This document shows positions 26,851-38,249 of a stretch of DNA of 64,000 nucleotides, one piece after another. The DNA lies in the NCBI GenBank assembly GCA_002189035.1, contig NEEC01000018.1, positions 744,001 through 808,000 on the forward strand, given 5' to 3'. A program made the position numbers and the translations under genes. How positions within the stretch are numbered: the first letter of the stretch is position 1; the number at the start of each line of letters is the position of its first letter. This DNA is from Utricularia gibba. Lineage: Eukaryota > Plantae > Magnoliophyta. The notes under the pieces were generated by a model. That model made no database searches and was not told the origin of the DNA. It saw only the letters and a list, made by a program, of their open reading frames with translations.

Positions 26851-27299
26851 GAAGCAGATCGGATTTCAACGAGAACAAGAGAGTTGTGATAGCAGCACAA
26901 GTGTGAGAAAGTAGTTGCTTCAAGTCGTTGGCAAGATAGTCTGAGAAACTAGCAATACTTTGTCCACGTACCATTTCCATATTCTCAAATAGTTGTCACG
27001 TCATGGCTTTTTCCAGGACTAGCATTTGCTGGTTTTCCAAGCTTCCAGAGGCTTGGAACTGTTGCTAATGGGATCATAGGTGTCATTTACCACTGCATGA
27101 TCTAGCAGGGATTGAGCTTGGTTGATTTCAAGCTTCCCTTGCTTCATCCGTAGTGGGAGAGTCTTGTTGATCGTGATCAAAGACATCCTGGAGTTTGCAT
27201 GCTCGAAAATAGATGGCCATTTTCTTTGACCATTTGATGTATTTTGTAGAGTATCCATCAAATGTAGGGAGAGGTTGTGAGAATATGTTTTCCATGGAT

Positions 27300-30200
27300 G
27301 TTATGAGAATAAAAATAGAAGGTTTTTGTATGTGGGTTGAGCTTCACGTCAGGTTCACCATAATTGAGTTTGAGTGTAAGACTAGTAGTAAAGAACTCTT
27401 TTAGTAATCTTGAGAATTGTAAATGTACAATGGTTACAATATCAATTTATACCTTAAGGATATAAGCATTATCATACTAAAAAAGGTTGTTACTTTGTCC
27501 TCATTAGCTTGACTGTCTTTAGCTATTGGCTAGTATTACTAAGTTTGGCATCACTTTTGAGTTTGGGTGTTCATGACTTAATTTGGGCCAAGAACAATTA
27601 GACCCAAGGGCTTGAGAGTGTCATATTTCTTCTTCTTCGCATCGCGACCACGATCATAGTGAGCTTTTCTTCCTTTTTGAAATACCTTGGATGACTCATA
27701 TGAGTACTTGCTTGGATTATCACATTCTAATAGAAACCATCATGATGGAAAACCACGAAGTTGAGGGAGCTCACCAGAGAAATATGTTTCATAAAGAAAA
27801 AAAAAGAGATTTACAATGAGTGCAATAGATACAGAATGTTATTCTTCAAATTTGGGCTCCTATTTATAGAAAAGCTCTCGTCGATTGATTTTGAAAGGGT
27901 CAGCTATTTTCTGCATTTTCTAGGATATGCTTGATCTTGTGTGTGGTCTTTTTGACAGATAATCGTCGCTTGCTCTGAATTCCTTCAATTCAGTTGTTTT
28001 TCAAATTGTCTTAGAGCGAATGGGGTCTGATGCAACCCTTTTTCTGTCCCCTTCAAGTATGTGACTGCTTCAGATTGTCGTAGGTCAATTTGTACTGATG
28101 TCCCTTTTAGTTCAATCAAGATTGCCGATTTAAACCGATCTTTCGATTCTCCCCTCGAGTTTAATACCTCTAAACCCTACTTGGTCTTTTTGCCCTCCTG
28201 GTTATACAGTGCCGTTTTTTGGCACCATCAGAAAATTTTGTTCTTCTTTCCAATTAACATGGTATTAGAGTCATCAATCTTCAATGAGTGACGATCATGA
28301 GATCTACAAGGTTATGGCAGAGGATGCTAAGAAGGCCTTCACCAATGGTTTAAGAAACTGCTTTCATGGCTATGTAGTCCCACCATGTAAAATTTGAAGC
28401 TTCTAAAAATTAGTTTTCAATGCCCTTTCAACTCCTATCAAGAGATCATCTTGAACTTTTTCTCACATCAACACAATTATGAGTGATAACTATGATGAAT
28501 GGACAAAAGCAATTTGAAAAGTGTTGAGGGCCAAGCGAAAATTCAGCCATCTAGATGGGAGTGTTTCGGAGAGTCCATTTTTTGTATCTCTCAAAGATTA
28601 GGAGCAAATCAACTCAATCATGGTATCATGATTGCTAAACACAATTGAACATGGCCTCTGATCAACTATTAGCTTTACGGCTCTTATGAAACCTCTCTAG
28701 GATGACTTGAAAGAATGATTTTAGACTAGTAATGATCCTCTTCTTCATTGGATTAAAAAAGATTTGGTGAATTTTCACCAACCTAGTGAAAGCGTTCTTC
28801 AATACTTTGGGCATTCAACAAAGTGATGGGATGAATATATTCACTTGGACAACTTGCCGCCATGAGAGTGCAATAACTGCAAATATAATTTGAATCTAAA
28901 ACTAACTAGAAAGTGTGAGGCTTACAAAATGGATGAATTTCTTATGGGGCTCAATAATTCAAATTGTGGGATTGTTTGCTCTCAAATTCTGAGTGATTGA
29001 ACCCATTAGCACTTTCAATCAAGTTTACAATTGAGTTATTCAGGAGCAACATTGAAATTTAAAGAAATTTGACTTGGGAAGAGCCAATTGTGTTAGTTGC
29101 ACACCACTTATCTAAAAATTTTCCTCCTCGACAATCAACAAGTGATGTGTCATGTGAAATATGTGATTTTACTACACACATACAAGACGAGTACTTCATG
29201 TTTCATGACTATTCGGATTGATGGGGCCATTGTCTCGGTATGCATTTAATGAGCACGACATATTGATACAAATGGGGGGGAGGGGGGGGGAAACACCATG
29301 GTAAAATAGCAAACCTCTTGCTAGGGAGAGAGTCATGATGGTGGTCACAATTACTTGGTATCAATTCAATCAAACCAATTCAAAAAAATATCTCATGCAC
29401 TATTTTCATATGAAGGGTTTGGGAAATTTTCTTTATAGGAATTAAAGTTGCACATAGTACAAGTGGAATATAACAAAGTCAATACATGCTCTTGACAGCC
29501 TTATTGAAGTGGAAGGAAAAGAGTCAAATTGGCTCTCACTCCAATGGAAGAAAATCATCAACTAGCCACATTGGATGCTCCAAAGATGAATGAATGTAAG
29601 AAGTATCATTGCTTGGTTTGTAGGTTAATATATCTCACTTGCACTAACATGATCTTAACTATTTTGTCTCAAATCCTTCACAAGCTCATTTTGGATCATT
29701 AGCTAGGGGCGTTGAGTGTTGTACAATGCTTTGGATTAATCAAAGGGTCCTTCTTGAAGGATGCAACAATATTTGATTGAAAGCTTATTGTGACTTAAAT
29801 TATGAGAGTTATTCTCTCACCAGGCATTCGGTGAGAAGCAATGTTGAAAAGTTTGAATGCTTTATTATTGCTTGGAAAACAACAAAATAGTTTATCATTT
29901 CTTGTTCTTATGCCTAAGTTGAGTATCATGTGATGCCCATGGTAGTATATGAATTGAAATGGCTTGTAATGTTGCTTGATGATCTTAGTGTAAAAAATGC
30001 AAAGCTTATTCCTCTTCATTGTGATAATTAGATAGCTATTTATATCTCTACTAATCTGATATTTTATAAATGCATCAAACACATCGAAGTTGACTAGTGG
30101 CTTCTACTCATATGCGTTCTAAAAATCAAGTTGTATACATGTTTACATAAGCTTTGGGATATTCTTTGCTTTACAATTTTCTTGGCAACCTCAATGTTCA

Positions 30201-30360
30201 AAACATGCAAGCACCTGTTTGAGGAGGCTAAAAATATACGAATATATGATCTCGTTGCCAAGATTGCATCATATTTACCAATTGACCTAGTTAGATTTCT
30301 TTGTATCTATAACACTTATCAAATCGATGGAATGTAAACACTTTTGATTCTGAAAACTTT
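27300..30360 (+). mobile_element. Degenerate, internally deleted Ty1/Copia element within nested LTR debris
   Basis: PBS-like TGGTATTAGAG at 28260-28270. Gag DNYDEWTKAI*KVLRAKRKFSHLDG. RT/RNase H remnants 29450-30130 (IPLHCDN, KHIEVD). PPT GAGGAGG at 30221-30227 followed by LTR sequence. Integrase and most of RT are missing. Left boundary uncertain. Confidence 0.75.
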
Positions 30361-30999
30361 ATTTTTTTTTCAAATTAACACTTCCACAATGCACACCTCT
30401 AAATACCCTTTACTTGGGCTTTTATATGAGTCCATGAACATCCACAACAAAACAAAGTAGTAGTCCACTAATTATTAATTACATTAAAAAAGATTAGATT
30501 TAATTGATTGTTAATAATTAATAATATATTATATATACTTAATTATATCATTTTAATGTTCTAAAAAAATTATTTACTCTAATACTCATCTACTAATACT
30601 CAAATGATTCACCCCTACTTCGTCGTGGGATTCTTTCCCCTGTGGTGGGCTGTGATGGAGACCCGAATCCATTTCCATCTTGGGCCTCTCTCATCCCCCG
30701 GATCCGTTTGGTGTCTGTAAGGAAATCTTGTTATGAACTTTCATCTGTTTGTTGACCTGACGGAAGTCAAGTATCTTGTTTTCGTAGTGAAGTCGACTCA
30801 CAACTCCACTTTATCACGTGCATGCTTTTTTTGCTCTTTCATTTGCGATGCTTTTTGGGTTAAACCTAAAACCCTAGCTACTTCATAGTGTAGAAACAAT
30901 ATAAGCTGGAGGAAAAGAAACGACAAGTTCCAATATCACAGCACACAAGCTCCAGAAACGGAAATAGGAACGCACCGAGGCTCAACTCGCACACATGTT

Positions 31000-32533
31000 T
31001 CATTTCATAGCAGAGATCAGGACGAACCCTCGATTCCTGAAGCACTTGTAGTTGACGAAGCCAGCAGACGCACAGAGATCCTGCAGCTCCTGCTCCGATC
31101 TGAAGAATCGGAACACCTGATACTTGGATAATCGAACATCCTTCTCCTGCAACAAATTTGCATCATACTTGTAAACACTGGAAAAAAATGAAGTAAAACT
31201 GTTGCAAACACTGATTAACTATCTACCCGTTTCGGAGGGAAGAAACAGCACAAGGCTCCATCGAGAATAACTGTTGTTGCGACAAAGACCCCTCCTGGTT
31301 TGAGCACACGCCTGATTTCCTGAACCTGTGAGTTAATAAGCGTAACTTAGGGATCATCGTGGGTCACCATCAGTTATATGGAACGAATGTCCCACAGGGG
31401 TTGCAGAAGGTGGGACGATTCCCATTCGCAACATGCATGGTTCACAGAATAAAAAAATAGATAAATCTTCACCCATGTTCGTGCACAGGCATCAGTTCAT
31501 ATTGTTGCCCAATATGAATGTTGCTAAAAGTCCCAATCTGGATTACTTACGGCGGATGATGGAGAAGGCCAGCAATGCAGAGCTGCACCCGCGTGAACAG
31601 CGTCAATACTACTTGAAGCAAAGGGAAGCCTGGAGATGTCGGCTCTAACAAGAATAATCTTCCTGTTACATCCATGATACACAGAACTTGTTTCAGACAA
31701 AGAACTGTTTGGTTTTAACAAAGAAGGTGTTTGATTTTCATGTGCATACTCTTCAGGGAAGTTCTTCTCCCGCTTGATGAAATCATAACATTGCTGCAGC
31801 ATCGCCTCGGAGAAATCCAAGGCAATAACCTTACTGAAGAGCCCACTCCGAGCGAAGCGCCTGGATAACAAGCCACTCCCGCAGCTCGCATCAAGGATAA
31901 CGCCTGTCCCTGATACCGGCTTCAAGTACTCCTTCATCAACTCCAACTGCTCTCACAAACATAGAGATTCCATTCAGTTTCGTTTTACAGTAAAATGGTT
32001 AGTCTGTTATCGTGTGTTATTCTGCTTTTGTCAAGAAACGTAAAGGGTAAAAGGCACCTCCTTTTCGGCGCCAGGAAAACCCCATATCGGCGAAAAGCTC
32101 TGCCTCCAGCCGCGCTCATAGATAAACGAGATAATTGGGAATCTGAAAAACTGAGCTGACATTTCAACCGCACGACCTCCGCGACCTCCACCGCCACCGC
32201 CGCTGGATATCATATCGAGATGCGAACCCCGGCCGGAGAAAGATTTATCGCAAGATTTGCATTCCAAAGTTGATCGACATGCAGATTCCCTGAGAAAAAC
32301 AAAACCACATATTTCAAGATTGAACAAGTTCTCCATTGCTCGCTAAAGACGTGTACGTACAGAGAGAAGTTAAGACTGAGATCTCCCTTGGATGTAAAAG
32401 GCTGAGAGCAAAAAGGGCAAGCTAGAACACAAGCCCCGGTTTTCAACTTGTCGTCGGGCACAGCGGCCGGAGAAGGCACATGCGTTTTCTCAGCCGGAGG
32501 AGCGGAGGAAATCGCCGCCGCAAAACTCCCCAT
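31000..32533 (-). CDS. SAM-dependent methyltransferase (Methyltransf_11, UbiE-related), At1g78140-like
   Basis: Exons 32533-32361, 32289-32058, 31946-31750, 31662-31551, 31325-31227, 31146-31000. All GT-AG, phases consistent, 319 aa. Motifs LACPFC...CKSC, SFIYERGWRQ, ILDASCGSGLLSRRFA, VRADISRLPF, DAVHAGAALHCWPSP, RVLKPGGVFVATT. True start uncertain (see findings). Confidence 0.92.
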
Positions 32534-33341
32534 GACATGAATGTGGCGAGCAGCAGCGGAGAGCAGTAAATAAAGAGCAGGCTTTTGGCCAAGAGAGAAC
32601 TGGCGCTTGCTCAGGTCATTTGATGCGCAGCCTGTGGTGGAAACTGGAAACAAGGTTACTTGCAAAATCTATCAATTTCTTTGTCGCAGATCTACAGCCC
32701 AATCTAAACAGTACAAAAGTGCCCATCCCCTCGACACATCAACATGGGAGAATTTTGCGACAATGATGTCATCATGGGATGATGCCCAACTTGTAATTTT
32801 ACCAAAAACAACGATTATTTTGAGCAACTAATCTATTTCCACAAAACTAAAATAATTTTTAAATATGTTTAACACAATTTTTGCGGGTCAAAGAATACGT
32901 TAAGTTTAATTTATAGATTAATATTAGTTTAGAGTTACATTAATATAAATTTTAAAAAATATATTTTTTGGTATACATACTAAAGAATAAATTGAATATA
33001 AAAATAATGATAATTTGAATAATTTAAAAAAATTAAAAATCTTAATGAAAAAATTACAATACACAATATAACTCCTGACTTATTAAATAACTCGTTTTTT
33101 TAATTTTTATTTCATTTTACTTTTCACATATTAAATTTAAATTTGCATATTTATTATTATTTATTTTGTTTAATTGGTTGATTTCTAATTCTCTAGCATG
33201 GTTTCTAATTCAGGATAATTTTTCATTTTTTATCAAAATTAATGAAGATGGTGTAAATTATAAAAGCAGGGTTATTATGAATAATCATCCTCACGACACA
33301 AAATTTAAAAAATCATTTCTTTCCAAAATTTGTTTTATATT

Positions 33342-34048
33342 ATTGATACAAATTATATATAATAAATAATAATAATAAATATCAAAATTATATTTTCTTC
33401 TTTTTTAAATTAATACAAATATAGCTAATGTAATATATTATACTCATATTCATTATTATATAATAATTTCAAAAAAAATTAGAAAATCTACACATTTAAA
33501 TTTAAAAAACATATTTAAAAATGAATTTATTATTAAGGTTTTGATAAAGAATAGTTCTCAAATAAATTTCTATAAATATCTCAATTAACTATATTTATTC
33601 ATTTTTTCATAATTACAAAAAGATTTTAGCTTAAACATATTTGATCACATTCTATCACATTTGAAAATGCAACCTAACACCCCACAATATCTTATAAAAA
33701 TACTATACTTGATAACGCTATTTGATATCATGTAGTATAGCATTTGATAAACTCATAAATATTTTAATCCATAGTGTCATGTAATAATGTATTTTTTAAA
33801 ATTAGATATGTAAATTATTTAAGAAGTTTTTTTTTGAATTATTTCTTTTTTGATCATTTTTAAAAATATATATATAATATTTATTATTTAAAAAATATAT
33901 AACTAATATATTAACTTTTGATTATTTCTTGAGAATATTATGTAGTAATGAATATACGTATAATATATTACATTAATTATATTTTTATTAATTTAAAAAG
34001 AAGAAAATATATTTTATATTATTATTATTGTATATAATTTTGAACAAT
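33342..34048. mobile_element. AT-rich foldback/MITE-like element with long imperfect TIRs
   Basis: 33345-33465 is the imperfect reverse complement of about 33935-34045, e.g. TAATGTAATATATTATAC / GTATAATATATTACATTA and TATATTTTCTTCTTTTT / AAAAAGAAGAAAATATA. Confidence 0.65.
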
Positions 34049-35313
34049 GGAATATATATTTTTTAATGTAGGATGGCTATTATTCAAATAAATTTTAGGA
34101 AGAGGTGATTTTTCAAATTCTGTATTGTAATGTGGGTTTAAATTCCGATACAGACCCTATCTACCTTCTCTGTGGACGCTACTCTGCGGGCAGTCTGCAG
34201 AACTGGAAAGGGTCAACCAGTACATTAAATACTGACTTATTTAACCCCACATTTATTTATAAATTTTGAAATAAAAAAAATCTCTTGTGTTCGCATTTTG
34301 GGGATACATGTCGTTGACAAAACAATAAAAATATGAAGGATAAGTCAAGGTACATTAGACAATTTATTTTAAATTTAAATTATATGGTTTTTTAATTTAA
34401 AATAAAAATACATTTGATATACAAATTTAATTTATTTGTATAGAATTATTTGTTTAAATGAATGATTTCATATTATAATATGTAAATATCTCTTATACCC
34501 TTCATTCTCAATTCTTCTAATCCCATTCTATTCAAAATAAAAATTATTATCCAACACTCAATTTAAATAAAATGCCTTGTAAGATCTCACACAATAAATT
34601 CAAATTGGAGTCTTTTTTAATATGGCTATAAAAATAATAAATTAATTTCATAAATTATAAATTTATAATATTTGATAATATGACAATTTCAAATTTATTC
34701 ACATTTAACGATAATTTTAATGTCTTTCCAATCACGAACATTGCATCTATAAATGAAAAACTTACATCTCATATCCTAAACCCGAAACCTTATATACAAA
34801 ACATTAACCAAAATCTGAAATTCTAAATTTCAAATCGTGATCCAAATACTTCAAAGGCACAATGCTCAAGTCAACTACTCATGAAAATGAATCTGCAAAA
34901 AGATTCATTCTCTTTATTCACTTATGCATTCATATTGTAGGGCACTTTCCAAACTGCAAAGAAGAGTAGGGCATTTTGCAAACTAATCTTTTTCTAGAAT
35001 GCAGTATACAAAAAGGCCACTATAAATATACAACCATACTCATGGGCATTATTACCACCTTTGTGAATTTGATCATCGTTTCTTAAAAATTGTGAAATTC
35101 AATTACAAAATTGAGCACGCAGTGTTTGTTTAAGGATCCAAGCTCCGCCCCCTGCCTGAAGACTGGCTCGCCATGTCCTAAAAGCTTATGTCGCTCCTGG
35201 TTGGACCGGTTCAAACCTCTCATCTGGCACCGCTTGAGACTGTCTACGATTCAATGGCATGGGGCCGGAGTGATGATCCGATCCACATGCGCTGCCCACC
35301 TGCCCGCCGGTGT

Positions 35314-35331
35314 GGGGTGGGGTGGGGTGGG
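35314..35331 (+). other. Canonical G-quadruplex-forming motif
   Basis: GGGGTGGGGTGGGGTGGG: four G-tracts with 1-nt loops. Confidence 0.7.
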
Positions 35332-36859
35332 ATTAGAGATAAATGGCAACTTCAACTTGGTCTGTCACCTGCACGGTGCCCGGGGCAGGAGGGCCCTGCG
35401 AAGCCGCAGCCTCACGTTGTATGGGGACAAGCTCACTCCATCCCAATGCCTGCATTCAAACCAGCACTCATAAAGCGCAACAAAGTTTTAGTTCATTTGC
35501 ACAAAAATCATAACTTTTTAAATTAATGATACAATGGATCCACCTGAAATTCAAGTACATAACAAATATGGATTATATTTTAAAAAATTATATACAAATA
35601 ATTATTCAGTGATGCCGCCCAAAAGGGTAAAGATAACTGATACTCTTCATACAAATGGAAAAACACTCTTGAGATAATTGCCGGAAACCCTACACATCAT
35701 GTGACAGAACGCCCCATCAAAAACCACTCATTACCCACCATATGGATACTTTTGACATCAATTATGAACAAAATTTAATTATTGTAGAAAGAAAATTTTC
35801 AGAAAATAATGGATGAATTATATTACTTGTGTGTACAATAGAGGGAGTTCCCGTTATTAATGTGTTTGGAGGCATGTAGATGTGAAAGGGAAAAATGGTA
35901 CCCATGAGAGTCCTGATTACACCATCTATATATTATATTTAGAGATAGGGGATTAGTCATCTGCTGCCACCCGCGCGAGCAATTACTGCTGGGGGCGTGC
36001 TGATGCTTTTTTTAGTTTATCGCACAAATCTGATTGAAAAAAGGATACTCGTCTGTTCCCAAAACGGGCACATGGCATGTGTCTTCCTTGGGAAATGCAA
36101 GTTGAATCTAAAAGGGCGTGAACTAATAACCTCAATTATGTTCATATTGGTATTTACGAGAGAGCCCCATTTTTTTTTTTTTAAAAAAAGAGGTAATAGG
36201 AGAATCACAAATTTATGTTGAATAGCTTTTAAAAAAATTTAGTATTTGATGGTAATTTATTTAAAAAGGTATAAAAATATACAATTTATTATCAATAAAC
36301 TCTTTTTTGATCCATCAAACCCAAATTCTGAACTAAACGGACCCAAATATTTTTCTCCAAATGTTATCAGTCCGATCCAAACAAACATATGTGTTGGAAG
36401 GGGGAGCTACGTAACCACTAGTGTGCTAAAGCAGCCTGAGCATTGCTGTGGGCTTAATGGAAATGATTGTGATGAGGATGGTTACGGTCAATCACCATAT
36501 AAGGGATATGCATAAGATTATCAGGAATTGTTGGAGAGAATAATTATGTTTGTTTCTAGTTCTATAAGGGGCTAAGTTTAGTTTCGGCAAACTTAGGGCT
36601 ATTTTACGCATTTGAATACACACATTTATAAAAATCAGATTGAAAACAAATGTTTTCTAATATTTAAGTAATTAGATGCAAACATTTTCATAAGTTTTGT
36701 TTTAAAACAAACGTTTGTGAAAAGACAATGTTTTCAACACAAATGTTTACCAATTAAATATTTATAGTACATACATTTTAATGTGTATTAAAATAAATAT
36801 AAATTCATTAATATCTTAACGATTAGATCTAACATTTGCCTAAAAAATACATAAATCAA

Positions 36860-38000
36860 TTCAAAATTAGGGTTTTGATTTCAAACCCAAATTAAGTTTC
36901 GTTCTTTCATAAACCTCCATCGTGTTCCGATTCCGATGACATTCAATGCCTGCTTCTTCTGATTTCTTTGCCCCCTACCTATGCCGGCAACGCATGGTCA
37001 TTCACCACTTTGTTCTTCCCATTGCAAAGGGATGGATGGACAATGTTTTTTATTTTATCATCTTATTTGAGTGTTTTTTTGTTACTCTATTTCCAACTTA
37101 TAATGGTGACTTACTTGAGTACTTTTTCATAGGTTTCAACAACGAATTTTTCAAGTACCTTGGTGTCATTCATGTATGCGGAAGATGAATTTGATTTTGA
37201 GTCTTATTCATTACAATCTTCGTGCTCATTCTATATCAAGCTAGCGTCTAAGATCAAGTGTTAGGAGGAGTGTATACCTCAAGGACATGAAGCTGTGATT
37301 TATGATATTAAGTTGAATCGTGATGGGGAAGAAGACATGTATTATTACCCGAAAATTGGATGAGACAGATTGAAACTTAGGTAATCAAACACATCGTTTG
37401 CTCATCTTAATTTTCAATGAATGCATGCTTTGTGTATTGATGTTTTGATATAATGGTCATTGGTAGTTGTATGTGCATTTCAATGAAGGGAAGGTGTTTG
37501 TTCGGTTACAAAATGCAGCAAGAGATGCCATCATCATGTATTGTATACAAAATCACATTCAATGGAAGTTCAAGCGGAATGATGGCAAGTATTTGATTGT
37601 TGTTTGTGAAAGAGGTAGAGATGAAAGTTGTACTTGAACTGCTACCATATCTGGCCCTTCTTCGGATAGAAATTGATAAGTCGGCAAGTATCATGGTCAA
37701 CATTGTAGCTTATGTGGCAAGGATTTAATTGAGAACAAGTCCCTTAAACTGAAGCATCTTGCTAGAATGTTTGAAGACAAGCTATTAGGTAAATTGGGCA
37801 TTACCTTACATGAATTTAGACAATATATTAACTCATCAAATGCAATGTGGGTGAATCCTACCCAAGCCTATATTGTTAGGAAGATGGTACTCGGAGGCAC
37901 TGATGGAAAGCTTGTGTTGGACTAGTCAATGATGAACCACTATTATGCACAACTACTATTAAGTATCCTTTTTCCCATGTTTATGTATATTATTATGTGT
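36860..38000 (+). mobile_element. Degenerate Mutator (MuDR) transposase, N-terminal part
   Basis: 37510-37660 translates AARDAIIMYCIQNHIQWKFKRNDGKYLIVVCERG..CT*TA, matching the MuDR-domain pattern. Stops present. Confidence 0.65.
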
Positions 38001-38249
38001 TAATTTAAACCTAAGTCATCCAAATTAGAAGTTTTATTAATAAGTATTTTATTTTATTGAAAAAATCCAATTATTATTATTTGCCTATATTTTTGTGTTG
38101 ATGCACTTTCATCCAAATGTGGTAAGAAACAATCTTGAAGTGTTGCATGAGACTTCTAAGAAACAAGACACTGGCATTTCATACCTTTACATGACTTGGA
38201 TCAATTGTGGGTGGAACACTGACACTATTCAAGAACCATGACATACGAC

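Noticed and set aside
27743-28230. Solo LTR with TGATGG...CCATCA termini
   Set aside because: LTR-like composition, but the flanks (CATCA vs GAAAA) give no TSD, so boundaries could not be supported. Left within the nested debris.
30860-30880. Telomere-like AAACCCTA motifs (also about 34775 and 63705) as telomerase RNA template or interstitial telomere
   Set aside because: Single telo-box-type copies, with no type-3 Pol III USE/TATA promoter at the proper spacing.
36465-36520. Box C (GTGATGA) of a C/D snoRNA
   Set aside because: No downstream box D (CTGA) or terminal stem at a plausible distance.
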